Source: Candidatus Methanomethylophilaceae archaeon
GTDB taxonomy: Archaea; Thermoplasmatota; Thermoplasmata; Methanomassiliicoccales; Methanomethylophilaceae
Direction of reading: 5' to 3'
NCBI GenBank assembly: GCA_050950505.1
Contig: JBMNHS010000001.1
Span: 864,001 to 928,000 of the forward strand
DNA length: 64,000 bases
The position numbers and the translations under genes are program-made. The notes under the pieces were generated by a model that was given only the letters and a program-made list of their open reading frames with translations, was not told the origin of the DNA and did no database searches. Shown here one piece after another: positions 41,632 to 54,201 of this stretch; the stretch's first letter is position 1, and every line of letters starts with the position of its first letter.

Positions 41632-41632
<1 letters not shown>
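40916..41632 (+). CDS. cas5: Type I-E Cas5
   Basis: LLLRLAGPLQSWG, PSKSGVLG, LYLGRRSCPP. Confidence 0.95.
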
Positions 41633-44047
<2,415 letters not shown>

Positions 44048-44133
44048 TCATCGGGTTTCAATTAAAGTTTTCATAAGTTTTCTGAGAAAAAATTATTTAT
44101 TTGAAAAAGTGTGGGTATATTGGGATTCTTAGT
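44048..44133 (+). promoter_or_regulatory. CRISPR leader
   Basis: 86-bp AT-rich segment between cas2 and the first repeat; degenerate repeats lie at the opposite end. Confidence 0.8.
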
Positions 44134-46228
44134 GTGGTCCCCGCGAAAGCGGGGGTGATCCTCATTCATGAAGCCTATCAGACGAAAACTCGGTGGTCCC
44201 CGCGAAAGCGGGGGTGATCCTATGAGAGACAGATAGAGATTATCGACAGGTGTGGTCCCCGCGAAAGCGGGGGTGATCCCCATGTTCATTGACACGCCAA
44301 TCGCAACAAGAAGTGGTCCCCGCGAAAGCGGGGGTGATCCTATTCTCCAACGACATCTTATCAGTTGCTATTCTAGTGGTCCCCGCGAAAGCGGGGGTGA
44401 TCCTCTCAGGCAACGTCACTTGTGGTATCCGACGTGTGGTCCCCGCGAAAGCGGGGGTGATCCTGGTAAGGTTCTTTTTCGTCCTCAAGTAGCACGTGGT
44501 CCCCGCGAAAGCGGGGGTGATCCTACGTAGCAACCATATGTTACGGGATGATATCCTTTGTGGTCCCCGCGAAAGCGGGGGTGATCCTCGGGTACATATC
44601 GTTCCTGATTATCTGGTTGAGTGGTCCCCGCGAAAGCGGGGGTGATCCTCAGGTGTAGATTCTGGACGGCTATAATCAGTGTGGTCCCCGCGAAAGCGGG
44701 GGTGATCCTCAGCACTGATTACAGCGAGAATGTCATACTAGTGGTCCCCGCGAAAGCGGGGGTGATCCTAGGTCCAGAACGACTTTTAAGACGTCTAATA
44801 GGGTGGTCCCCGCGAAAGCGGGGGTGATCCTAGTCCTTGACCGTCAGATATCAACATGTAGGTGGTCCCCGCGAAAGCGGGGGTGATCCTGAGAACTCGC
44901 AGCCGTCAACCGAGGAGGAGTGGTCCCCGCGAAAGCGGGGGTGATCCTATCAATAAGACTGTCCTATTATGTCGAATCGGGTGGTCCCCGCGAAAGCGGG
45001 GGTGATCCCCTCATCGTATGATCATCGAACTTCCACGGTGGTCCCCGCGAAAGCGGGGGTGATCCTGCAGCTGGTCAAGCACGATATAGGAAATGGTGGT
45101 CCCCGCGAAAGCGGGGGTGATCCTCTGTGATCTTCAACCGTTCCAAGTACCTCATTCTTTAAGTGGTCCCCGCGAAAGCGGGGGTGATCCTCGTCTAGAC
45201 TTCGCACTCTCGGTCAAGTCGGTGGTCCCCGCGAAAGCGGGGGTGATCCTACTTACATGTCTGCCGGAAATGATCGGTGCAATGACATGCGTGGTCCCCG
45301 CGAAAGCGGGGGTGATCCTAGATATGACTTAATTGATCTCATGTAATCAGTGGTCCCCGCGAAAGCGGGGGTGATCCCATACCCATGCGTCTTTATCGCG
45401 GAGTCTGGTGGTCCCCGCGAAAGCGGGGGTGATCCTGAGGCAACCAATAGCAATTAAGGGTCAGGTCGGTGGTCCCCGCGAAAGCGGGGGTGATCCTACT
45501 TGACCAAAGACGGTTCAGGATGCCGATTGGTGGTCCCCGCGAAAGCGGGGGTGATCCTGACCACCTACACCACAACCCAGATATCTGATGGTGGTCCCCG
45601 CGAAAGCGGGGGTGATCCCTTGGTCAAATCGACGGCGAATTTTGTCGGCTCGTGGTCCCCGCGAAAGCGGGGGTGATCCTACTTGCAGGCTATTAGCCGT
45701 GTAATGTCGGGCGTGGTCCCCGCGAAAGCGGGGGTGATCCCTCAGTAGGATAGTCAAGGCGACTGACGGCGTAGTGGTCCCCGCGAAAGCGGGGGTGATC
45801 CCGCATACCGCGAACGCAGGCTGGGGAGAACTGGGTGGTCCCCGCGAAAGCGGGGGTGATCCTATCCCGATAACGATTAGAGACAGGGAAATCAAGTGGT
45901 CCCCGCGAAAGCGGGGGTGATCCTTATATGCATATCTTGTAATATCTCTGTATGCCGTGGTCCCCGCGAAAGCGGGGGTGATTCTTGCTTGTAGAGTCCG
46001 CCGAGTTTTTTCATGTGGTGGTCCCCGCGAAAGCGGGGGTGATCCTCTGCCCTGTGGGTGCGCTTATCGATGAACCCTGTGGTCCCCGCAAAAGCGGGGG
46101 TGATCCCGGATTTATTGTTTTTGCTACTGTGTACAGTATGTGGTCCCCGCGAAAGCGGGGGTGATCCTGGGAGTATGAGTTGGAAAAACACCTAGCACCG
46201 GTGGTCCCCGCGAAAGCGGGGGTGATTC
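44134..46228 (+). CRISPR. Type I-E CRISPR array, 35 repeats / 34 spacers, repeat GTGGTCCCCGCGAAAGCGGGGGTGATCC (28 nt)
   Basis: Repeat starts counted by hand from 44134 to 46201; hairpin CCCCGC-GAAA-GCGGGG; variants at repeats 31, 33 and 35. Confidence 0.99.
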
Positions 46229-46357
46229 ATATAACTCGAATTTGATGCTCAGAGACAGCTTTTAAATAATTAATTTGATAAATTGATATCGGACAGCATT
46301 TTTGAGAAAAACTGTCCGATCTGAAATAGTTTTTATCGTTCAGATGTTGTAGAATTC

Positions 46358-46840
46358 TTATTTCATGTGGACTTTGTTTTCCGCCAAAGCCTTGTGATAT
46401 TTTCCTGTGACCGATTCCGCTTCAATTTTGTATACGATGGTAGGGGGGATTTTTTTGTCATCCATTCCCGTCTTTCCGGGTACAAGTTTGTCAACGATTT
46501 CCAGAAGCATTTTCTTTTTTGTTTCGGAATCGTCAATTATCTTAACCTTCCCCCGTATAATCACGGATTCGTACACGGTGGTGGTGTCGCACGCGGCGGT
46601 ACCGCAGTCTTCGTATCCGGTTCTTTCCCAAACGGTGAAACACACTCTGGGGTCTCTTTCGATGTTTCCGACCTTTTCACCTATTTTGCGTCCGTGTATG
46701 TAGACATCCCCGTCCATGATTACGTAATTTACAGGCGAAGCATAAGGAAAACCGTCTTCTCCGTTGGTCGACAGGACGCCGACATCGGTTCTGTTTAAAA
46801 GATTCAAAATTTCTTTTTCATCCATTTTGTTTTTCATCAT
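46358..46840 (-). CDS. Pyridoxamine 5'-phosphate oxidase/NimA-like flavin-binding protein
   Basis: GVLSTNGEDGFPYASPVNY, YIHG...GEK..NI..DPRVCFTV, YESVIIRG. Confidence 0.85.
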   Translation of the reverse strand: MMKNKMDEKEILNLLNRTDVGVLSTNGEDGFPYASPVNYVIMDGDVYIHGRKIGEKVGNIERDPRVCFTVWERTGYEDCGTAACDTTTVYESVIIRGKVKIIDDSETKKKMLLEIVDKLVPGKTGMDDKKIPPTIVYKIEAESVTGKYHKALAENKVHMK

Positions 46841-47015
46841 ATTCGGTTGCATTAGGGATTACCTCACAATATTGCAATCGCGATTAATCTGATGCATTAA
46901 ATAGATTTACGATTTTGTGCAATTTCAAAAAATTTTCAGTTGAGTCTGGATGGCATGGGAAGAGTTCTTTGAAGGGATTGACGGACACCGAGAATCCTGC
47001 ATAAGGGGAATGATA

Positions 47016-47091
47016 TGGTGGGCCCGCCCGGATTTGAACCGGAGTCAATAACTCCCGAAGCTACTAGTATACCAAGCTAACCCACGGGCCC
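47016..47091 (-). tRNA. tRNA-Pro(CGG), CCA encoded
   Basis: Reverse complement GGGCCCGTGGGTTAGCTTGGTATACTAGTAGCTTCGGGAGTTATTGACTCCGGTTCAAATCCGGGCGGGCCCACCA. Confidence 0.96.
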
Positions 47092-47128
47092 TTGTGCTCT
47101 GTATCAAGCACTATGATTAATAGATTTC

Positions 47129-49762
47129 TTATGAAATCATATTCCTCAGTACGTATTGGAGTATGCCCCCGTTTGCCAGATACTCTATCTCGGCGGGAAC
47201 GTCCGCTCTGCATATGACGTCGAAATCGATTTTCTTTCCGTCTCTGTAAGCGGTTACCGGCACCAATGAACCGGGTTCGATACCTTCAAGGAAAATATCG
47301 AAAGTCTCGGTCCCGTCCAAACCCAGGGATTCGGAGTTCTGGCCGTTGACGAACTGCAACGGCACGATTCCCATTCCAATCAGATTGGACCTGTGGATTC
47401 TTTCGTAGGATTCGGCGATGACGGCTTCGATTCCCAGAAGAAGAGGTCCTTTCGCGGCCCAGTCCCTGGAACTTCCCGTGCCGTATTCCTTGCCCGCAAG
47501 GACTATCAGCGGCGTTCTGTCTTCGGCATATCTTTCGGAGGTTTCGAATATCGTACTCTTCTTTTTCTCCGGTAGGTAAACGGAATGGCTTCCTTCGGTG
47601 TTCGGAACCAATTCGTTCTTCAGTCTTATGTTCGCGAAAGTTCCGCGGACCATTATTTCGTGATTTGCCCTTCTGGAACCGTAAGAATTGAAGTCTTCCT
47701 TTTTCACTCCGCGTTCCTTAAGATAAATTCCGGCATCGCTGTCTTCCGAGAAAGATCCTGCGGGGGAGATGTGATCCGTCGTAATCGTGTCTCCGAGTTT
47801 TGCGATGCACCTTGCACTCTTTATGTCCCTGATTTCCGGATCTTCGAAGATTTCGTCGAAGAAGGTAGGTCTGCGTATGTAAGTGGAATTCTCATCCCAG
47901 TTGAAAAGAGGGGATTCCTCGTAAGGCACCGCTTCCCATCTTTCGGACCCTTTAAACACGTCTTTGTATTCTTTCACGTAAGTTTCGGTGTTGACGTATT
48001 CGTTCTGTATTCTTTCGACTTCTTCGTCATCCGGCCAGATATCCCTCAGGAAAATCTCTTTTCCTTCGAAGACTCCCAGAGGTTCGGTTTCAAAGTCAAT
48101 GTCAATCCGTCCCGCAATCGCGTATGCGATTACCAACGGCGGGGATGCGATGTAGTTCGCTTTTACCAAGGAGTGAATTCTTCCTTCGAAATTGCGGTTG
48201 TTGGACGCAACGGCGGCGACAGCCAGATCTTTGTCGGTTATCTGTTTCGATACCTTCGGGGACAAAGGTCCGCTGTTGCCTATACAGGTCATGCATCCGT
48301 ATCCGCATACGTGGAATCCCAAATCTTCCATGGGGTTCAGAAGTCCGGACTGTCTCAGATATCCCGTGACCGCTTTCGATCCGGGCGCCAGGGATGTTTT
48401 TACATAATCTTTTTTTCTCAATCCGTATTTCACGGCGTTCTTCGCCAACACCCCGGCGGCAATCATGACCGAAGGGTTTGCGGTGTTTGTGCATGAGGTT
48501 ATGGACGCTATCACAACCGAACCGTCCCCCAGCCCGTCTCCGGAGGGAACTCTTCTTTCGGTTACGTTCAGATCCGTCATCGTGTTTTTGAAAGCGTTCT
48601 TCATCTCTGACAGCGGGATGCGGTCCTGAGGTCTCTTGTGGCCGGCCAATGACGGTTCCACGTCGCCAAGATCCAATTCCAGCATGTCGGTGTATTCCGC
48701 TTCCCCGGTATACCACAGACCTTGTTCCTTTGCGTATTTCTCTATGGTATCGATGTGCTCCGGACTCTTTCCGGTCAGCACGAGATACTCTACGGTTTTA
48801 CCGTCAATGGGACAGAATCCCATGGTTGCCCCGTATTCCGGAGCCATATTGGACAGAGTTGCCCGGTCGGCCAAATCCAAATTTTCATAACCCGGTCCGC
48901 AGAATTCCACGAACTTTCCCACAACGCCTTTTTCTCTGAGCATCTGCACGCAGGTCAGCACGAGGTCCGTGGCGTTGACGCCCGGCCTAAGTTTTCCTTT
49001 TAGTCTGAATCCTATGACGTCCGGAAGGCTCATGTAACTGGGCTGTCCGACCATCACGGCCTCTGCCTCGATGCCTCCGACCCCCCATCCGACCACTCCG
49101 AGACCGTTGATCTGCGGAGTGTGGGAATCCGTGCCGAAACAGGAATCGGGATAAGCCACCAGTCTTCCGTTTTCTTCCTTTACATGAATCACCGGTGAAA
49201 GATATTCAAGATTGACCTGGTGACAGATTCCGTTCCCGGGAGGGACGACTCTGAAATTTCCGAAAGAATTCTGGGCCCATTTGAACAATGCGTACCGTTC
49301 TTTATTTCTCTCAAATTCCAATTCCTCGTTCAGATTCTGAGCGTCGGGCACTCCGGCATAATCCGTGTGAACCGAATGATCGATGACCAAATCGACGGGA
49401 ACGAGAGGGTCTATCCGCGAAGGGTCCAAACCCATGTCCGCCACGGAATCTCTCATGGCCGCCAAGTCGACGACGGCGGCACCGCCGGTAAGGTCCTGCA
49501 GCAGAACCCTTGCCGGAATCCACGGAACATCCTCATCCGATCTGTCTTTGGGTTTCCAGGATGCGGCGGTGTACACGTTTTTGTCCGTAATCTGTTTTCC
49601 GTCCCTTTTCCGGAGCATCGATTCTATTATCACTTTAATTGAATAGGGTATTTTTGAAAGGTCTTTTATGATCCCTTTCTCCTCAAGTTCCCTGAGACTG
49701 TAAACATCGATTTCACCTTCGTCGGTGACGATGGTCCTGATGCACTTTCCTATCTCTTTCAT
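47129..49762 (-). CDS. acnA: Aconitate hydratase A
   Basis: DLVIDHSV, GICHQVNLE, GTDSHT, ITSCTNT, GCMTCIGNSG, TTDHISPAG, GSSRDWAAKG. Confidence 0.96.
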   Translation of the reverse strand: MKEIGKCIRTIVTDEGEIDVYSLRELEEKGIIKDLSKIPYSIKVIIESMLRKRDGKQITDKNVYTAASWKPKDRSDEDVPWIPARVLLQDLTGGAAVVDLAAMRDSVADMGLDPSRIDPLVPVDLVIDHSVHTDYAGVPDAQNLNEELEFERNKERYALFKWAQNSFGNFRVVPPGNGICHQVNLEYLSPVIHVKEENGRLVAYPDSCFGTDSHTPQINGLGVVGWGVGGIEAEAVMVGQPSYMSLPDVIGFRLKGKLRPGVNATDLVLTCVQMLREKGVVGKFVEFCGPGYENLDLADRATLSNMAPEYGATMGFCPIDGKTVEYLVLTGKSPEHIDTIEKYAKEQGLWYTGEAEYTDMLELDLGDVEPSLAGHKRPQDRIPLSEMKNAFKNTMTDLNVTERRVPSGDGLGDGSVVIASITSCTNTANPSVMIAAGVLAKNAVKYGLRKKDYVKTSLAPGSKAVTGYLRQSGLLNPMEDLGFHVCGYGCMTCIGNSGPLSPKVSKQITDKDLAVAAVASNNRNFEGRIHSLVKANYIASPPLVIAYAIAGRIDIDFETEPLGVFEGKEIFLRDIWPDDEEVERIQNEYVNTETYVKEYKDVFKGSERWEAVPYEESPLFNWDENSTYIRRPTFFDEIFEDPEIRDIKSARCIAKLGDTITTDHISPAGSFSEDSDAGIYLKERGVKKEDFNSYGSRRANHEIMVRGTFANIRLKNELVPNTEGSHSVYLPEKKKSTIFETSERYAEDRTPLIVLAGKEYGTGSSRDWAAKGPLLLGIEAVIAESYERIHRSNLIGMGIVPLQFVNGQNSESLGLDGTETFDIFLEGIEPGSLVPVTAYRDGKKIDFDVICRADVPAEIEYLANGGILQYVLRNMIS

Positions 49763-49874
49763 TCTATCTCCCCCCGTATGAAGGTGGAGTAATATAAGGT
49801 TCTCTGGACCGGTTTCTATGTTTCGCAGAATAAGTTTCGTGCATTATATCAACCATTAAATCAAATGTATCTTT

Positions 49875-50537
49875 ATGCGTTGTTGCAAAATCCTGCTGGA
49901 CCGGGAAAGAAGAATAAAGGAACATCCCTGTCATTATTTTTTGCCCTTTGACGTGGAAAAGGATGTCAATATACGGATTCTGTCGTGTTCGATGATTGAC
50001 GAAATCAGTGGCTATTCAATCATGGGAATTACCGACAATTGTGGTGTTGTCAAGGAAGGTCAATACGTAAAGGAAGACGGCAAATGCGACATCGTGAGCG
50101 TCGGGTCCGATTCCTATATGGCAATCGTGACCAACATGAAATGTGTTCTGGCGAGATTGATCAATGAATCGAGATGTTTTCTCGTATCCGCCGTGCCTCA
50201 AACCGATACGTTGATCGAATGGACTCTGGTCGGTCCTTCCGACGGTGCACTGTCCGACCTGAGAAGAAGGATGAAAGAAGAAGGTTACGAATTCAAGACC
50301 CAGGCCATATATGAAATTGATTCCAAGATATCCCTCACGACCAAAGAAGTCGATGCTTTCAACCTTGCCATGAATCTGGGATATTATGACGTGCCCAAGA
50401 GAACCACCCTGGATTCGATCTGCGCACTGTTGGGCTGTTCCAAATCCACTTTGAATGTCCGTTTAAGAAATGCGGAAAAGAAAATCTTTGAACATTACAG
50501 AATATTCTCCATGGGATCCCATATGAAACGAATTTGA
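49875..50537 (+). CDS. Bat-type (HTH_10) transcriptional regulator
   Basis: C-terminal LTTKE..AFNLAMNLGYYDVPKRTTL..I..LLG.SKSTL..RLRNAEKKI. Confidence 0.85.
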   Translation: MRCCKILLDRERRIKEHPCHYFLPFDVEKDVNIRILSCSMIDEISGYSIMGITDNCGVVKEGQYVKEDGKCDIVSVGSDSYMAIVTNMKCVLARLINESRCFLVSAVPQTDTLIEWTLVGPSDGALSDLRRRMKEEGYEFKTQAIYEIDSKISLTTKEVDAFNLAMNLGYYDVPKRTTLDSICALLGCSKSTLNVRLRNAEKKIFEHYRIFSMGSHMKRI

Positions 50538-50547
50538 ACATGTTCGT
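50534..50547. promoter_or_regulatory. Operator ACGAACATGTTCGT-like, copy 1 of 3
   Basis: TTGAACATGTTCGT, 5 nt before TTATTTAA upstream of the MFS gene. Confidence 0.65.
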
Positions 50548-50624
50548 AATTCTTATTTAATATTCACATTGTGCTGTTTCCTTAGCGATTGACGAACCTC
50601 CGTCTACCCGGTCGGAGGAATACA

Positions 50625-51956
50625 ATGGCAATTGATGTAGAAAAGAAAAAAAAGACACTGTCATACAGATGGCTGATCTTTATCGTCCTAGCATTGGCGT
50701 ACTTCTTTGTATACTTCCACCGCACGACCGGTGGGGCTATATCGGATACAATGCAGGAATACTACGGGGTAGGAACCGCTTCGGTGGCCCTGTTGGCTTC
50801 GGCTTATCTGTATGCGTACACACTGATGCAGCTGCCGAGCGGCATGCTTACGGATAAATTGGGCCCGAGACAGGCCGCCACGATCTTCGTTTTATTGATT
50901 GGTATAGGTTCTGTTCTGGGCGCATATTCGGCGACCATAGTGAACTTCAATCTGATGATTGTCGCCAAGTTCCTGATCGGTATCGGAGCCGCTGTGGTGT
51001 ACATACCCATAATGAAGATACTGGCCGTTTGGTTCAGGAAGAACGAATTTGCATCCATGAGCGGAGTTTTGTTGCTTGTGGGTAATGTAGGAGGAATAGC
51101 CGCCGCGGCCCCCATGGTCCTCATGATAGATTCACTGGGAATTCAGAACACATACCTCATACTGGCCGTAATCACGGTCCTTATCGCGGTTCTCTGTTGG
51201 ATTGTCGTTCGCGATCACCCCTCCCAGAAGGGACTTCCCGCAATTGAGGACATTGTCGCGGAGGAAACCGGAGAACCGGTGACTGAGTCCACTTCCGACA
51301 AAATCGGAACCATGGAGGCGCTGAAGAGAACATTCTCCAGCGGAAGGAAGTTCTGGCCCCTGGCGATTTGGTTCTTCTGCATATACGGAACAATCATGCT
51401 CTGGCAGGCATCTCAGGCCGGTTCATTTTACAGAAACATATACGGTTTCAGTATCAGTGAAGCGGGACTTATGGTGACGATGGTCGGAGTCGGAATGGTA
51501 TTCGGATGTCCTTTGGCGGGAGTTCTCTCGGACAGAGTGTTCAAATCCCGTAAGAAGGTGATAGTCTTCGGTACGCTTGTTTACACGGCCATATGGGCTG
51601 TGATATACTTCATGACCGGAAACGTGTCCGGCAACAGCTTCGCGATACAGGGTGCAATCAACTTTGCGTTCGGATTCTTCGGAGGGTTCTTCGTGGTGTC
51701 CTATTCGCAGATCAAGGAACTTTACCCTATTGCCATGGCGGGAACATCAACGGCTTCGCTTAACCTGTTCCCCTTCCTTGGAGGTGCGGTGCTTATCACC
51801 ATAGCCGGTTATCTGGTGACCGACAAGACATTGGTCCAGTTCCAGAATGTGTGGCTGATGGCTTTGATACTGATGATCATCGGAAGCATCTGTGCGATAC
51901 TCTCTGTTGAAAAGAAGGATCTGGACAAGTTGGAGGCCGCAAAAAATAAAGATTAA
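50625..51956 (+). CDS. MFS transporter
   Basis: About 12 TM; YFFVYFHR, QLPSGMLTDKLGPR, GVLSDRVFKSRK; GGAGG RBS. Confidence 0.9.
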   Translation: MAIDVEKKKKTLSYRWLIFIVLALAYFFVYFHRTTGGAISDTMQEYYGVGTASVALLASAYLYAYTLMQLPSGMLTDKLGPRQAATIFVLLIGIGSVLGAYSATIVNFNLMIVAKFLIGIGAAVVYIPIMKILAVWFRKNEFASMSGVLLLVGNVGGIAAAAPMVLMIDSLGIQNTYLILAVITVLIAVLCWIVVRDHPSQKGLPAIEDIVAEETGEPVTESTSDKIGTMEALKRTFSSGRKFWPLAIWFFCIYGTIMLWQASQAGSFYRNIYGFSISEAGLMVTMVGVGMVFGCPLAGVLSDRVFKSRKKVIVFGTLVYTAIWAVIYFMTGNVSGNSFAIQGAINFAFGFFGGFFVVSYSQIKELYPIAMAGTSTASLNLFPFLGGAVLITIAGYLVTDKTLVQFQNVWLMALILMIIGSICAILSVEKKDLDKLEAAKNKD

Positions 51957-52120
51957 ATCGCTCCAGCCTCTTTCAAACCTTTTATTCCTGTTAACAGGGG
52001 ATCCGTCCCCTTTTAACAGGAAACCTTTACTTATTTTTAAATTATTATTCAATTTATATCTGTTTAAAGATATCTTATATTTAAATGTTTAATCACGTTA
52101 ATATAGGTGGGATGAATGAT

Positions 52121-52134
52121 ACGAACAGGTTCGT
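52121..52134. promoter_or_regulatory. Operator ACGAACATGTTCGT-like, copy 2 of 3
   Basis: ACGAACAGGTTCGT, 6 nt before TTATATAT upstream of the corrinoid gene. Confidence 0.7.
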
Positions 52135-52215
52135 AATTTCTTATATATCCCCGGTATACGATATTTATTTTGGGTAGACGGAGAAAATGCTCAATCGTTC
52201 AAGGAGGAATAAATA

Positions 52216-52866
52216 ATGAGCAAAGAAGAAATTTTGCAGGAATTGGCCGACGTGGTCATAAATCTCAATCCCGCCATAGCAAAAACAGTTGCACAGAAGG
52301 CGTTGGATGCCAAGATGGATCCGGTTGAGGCCATAAACAAGGGGTTGGTAATAGGAATGGGAGTAATCAGTGATAGATACGCCAACAAGGAGATTTATCT
52401 CCCTCAGGTTCTTGTTGCTGCACACGCAATGTATGAAGGATTGGATGTTTTGACACCCGCTATTCCCAAAAAGAGTATGGAAGACACGAGAACCGCGGTT
52501 GCCGCGGTTGTTCAAGGTGATGTCCACGACATCGGAAAGAACATCGTGAAAACGATGCTTACCGCCGCCGGATACATGGTCAACGATTTAGGGAACGATG
52601 TTTCGCCGGTATTGATAGCCGATACGGCGAAAGATGAGAAAATCGACATCGTATGTCTCAGCACGCTGATGACTCCCACAATGGACGCCATGGCCGCCGC
52701 GGTAAAGAATCTGTTTGATAACGGTTATCGTGAGAACTGTATCGTAACCATCGGAGGTCCGCCAACCAGCGATAAATTCGCCAAAGAAATAGGCGCGGAT
52801 CACCGTGATACGGATGCCCAACACTGTGTCAAATTCGTCAACGAAGAAATCAAAAATAGGGGTTGA
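52216..52866 (+). CDS. Methyltransferase cognate corrinoid protein (MtaC/MtpC-like)
   Basis: Cap domain (EIYLPQVL), B12 motif GDVHDIGKNIV...STLMT...IGG. Confidence 0.92.
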   Translation: MSKEEILQELADVVINLNPAIAKTVAQKALDAKMDPVEAINKGLVIGMGVISDRYANKEIYLPQVLVAAHAMYEGLDVLTPAIPKKSMEDTRTAVAAVVQGDVHDIGKNIVKTMLTAAGYMVNDLGNDVSPVLIADTAKDEKIDIVCLSTLMTPTMDAMAAAVKNLFDNGYRENCIVTIGGPPTSDKFAKEIGADHRDTDAQHCVKFVNEEIKNRG

Positions 52867-52871
52867 TAAGA

Positions 52872-53909
52872 ATGGCAAAGATGACACCTAGGGAAAGAGT
52901 TCTCGCAGCGTTGAGACAGGAATCTCTGGACAGACCTCCCGTCGCATGTTTCACCACCTGCGACACAATCGGTATGCAGAATATTTCGGGCGCCAAGTGG
53001 CCCGAAGCCCACTCTGATCCGAAACTGATGGCGACTTTGGGTTGCGCACAGGCCGATTATTTCGGTCTTGAATCAGTAAGATCGGGATTCTGTCTCACGC
53101 AGGAGGCAGATGTTTTCGGGGCCGGAGTAAACATAGGAACGCCTACAGCTTCACCGATGGTGAAGACGCATCCGTTCACATTCGAACCCATGAAGAATGT
53201 TTACGACGAACCCGAAAACCTGCCGGACCTTGAAGCCTATCCCACCATGAAAAGATTGGGAACAACCGTCGAAGCTATGGGCATAATGAAGAAAACCCAC
53301 GGCGAAAATTATGTGATCATCGGAGGAAACACCGGTCCCTTCACGGTAACCGGACACCTGTTGAACACCGAGAATCTGATATATTCGGTATGGACCGCAC
53401 CGGACATGGCCAAAAAATGGCTCTCCGCCGTTGAAAAGTACTGCAAGGCATTCGCGGAAGCCCTTTACGCAGGTGGAGCGGACGTCGTGCAGATGTCGGA
53501 ACCTTCGGCATCCGCGGATATACTGTCGCCGGATCAGTTCCCGGAATTTTCCGGACAGTACGTGAAGAGAGCTCTCGGAGATCTGCCGGGTAAATCCGTG
53601 CTGCACATCTGCGGTGACACATCGGTGATAATGCCGTTGATGATGGACACGGGAGTGACCGCCATATCCATTGAGGAAAAGGTGAATCCCTACAAAGCCA
53701 TTGAAATTGTCAACGGAAGGACTGCCGTGGTAGGCAACGTGGGATGTGCATATCCTTTGTACAAAGGAACTCCCGAAGAGGTCGAAAAAGACGCAAAGGT
53801 CTGCATGGATGCGGGCTTTAACGTAGTATCTGCGGGATGCGGTGTCCCCATAGGCACGCCCGATGAGAACATCCGTGCACTGGTCCGCGCAGTCAAGGGT
53901 GATGCCTGA
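52872..53909 (+). CDS. MtaA/CmuA family methylcobamide:CoM methyltransferase (paralog 1)
   Basis: MTPRERVLAAL..DRPPV, WPEAH, Zn motif LHICGD, SAGCG. Confidence 0.9.
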   Translation: MAKMTPRERVLAALRQESLDRPPVACFTTCDTIGMQNISGAKWPEAHSDPKLMATLGCAQADYFGLESVRSGFCLTQEADVFGAGVNIGTPTASPMVKTHPFTFEPMKNVYDEPENLPDLEAYPTMKRLGTTVEAMGIMKKTHGENYVIIGGNTGPFTVTGHLLNTENLIYSVWTAPDMAKKWLSAVEKYCKAFAEALYAGGADVVQMSEPSASADILSPDQFPEFSGQYVKRALGDLPGKSVLHICGDTSVIMPLMMDTGVTAISIEEKVNPYKAIEIVNGRTAVVGNVGCAYPLYKGTPEEVEKDAKVCMDAGFNVVSAGCGVPIGTPDENIRALVRAVKGDA

Positions 53910-54115
53910 AGACGGATTCAGGCAACAAACGGAAACATAACAGGGTCTCCGGACCCTGGTTTTTATTCTTTTTTCTTCACAATATATGTGTTTTTTCAAG
54001 CGGTCTGTGACAGGTTCAGACTGTGTATTTTTTATTTTTTCATACATAGCCAGTACTAAAATTTGATATGTCAGAAATCGGTTCGGATCAGGTCTTTCCG
54101 TCAAACCGGAATATA

Positions 54116-54129
54116 ACGAACATGTTCGT
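54116..54129. promoter_or_regulatory. Operator ACGAACATGTTCGT, copy 3 of 3 (perfect palindrome)
   Basis: ACGAACATGTTCGT directly before TTTATTAT upstream of the second MtaA gene. Confidence 0.7.
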
Positions 54130-54201
54130 AAACTTTATTATCTATCAACATCGCGGTATAAAATTCAAGCAGATTTTCTGCGTTGTGGAAGGATATAAAT
54201 T

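Noticed and set aside
44071-46191. Many short ORFs with RITPAFAGTT / VVPAKAGVIL repeats
   Set aside because: Translations of the CRISPR repeat, not proteins.
44162-46200. Self-targeting or duplicated spacers
   Set aside because: None noticed by eye. A BLASTN against the genome is needed to exclude them.
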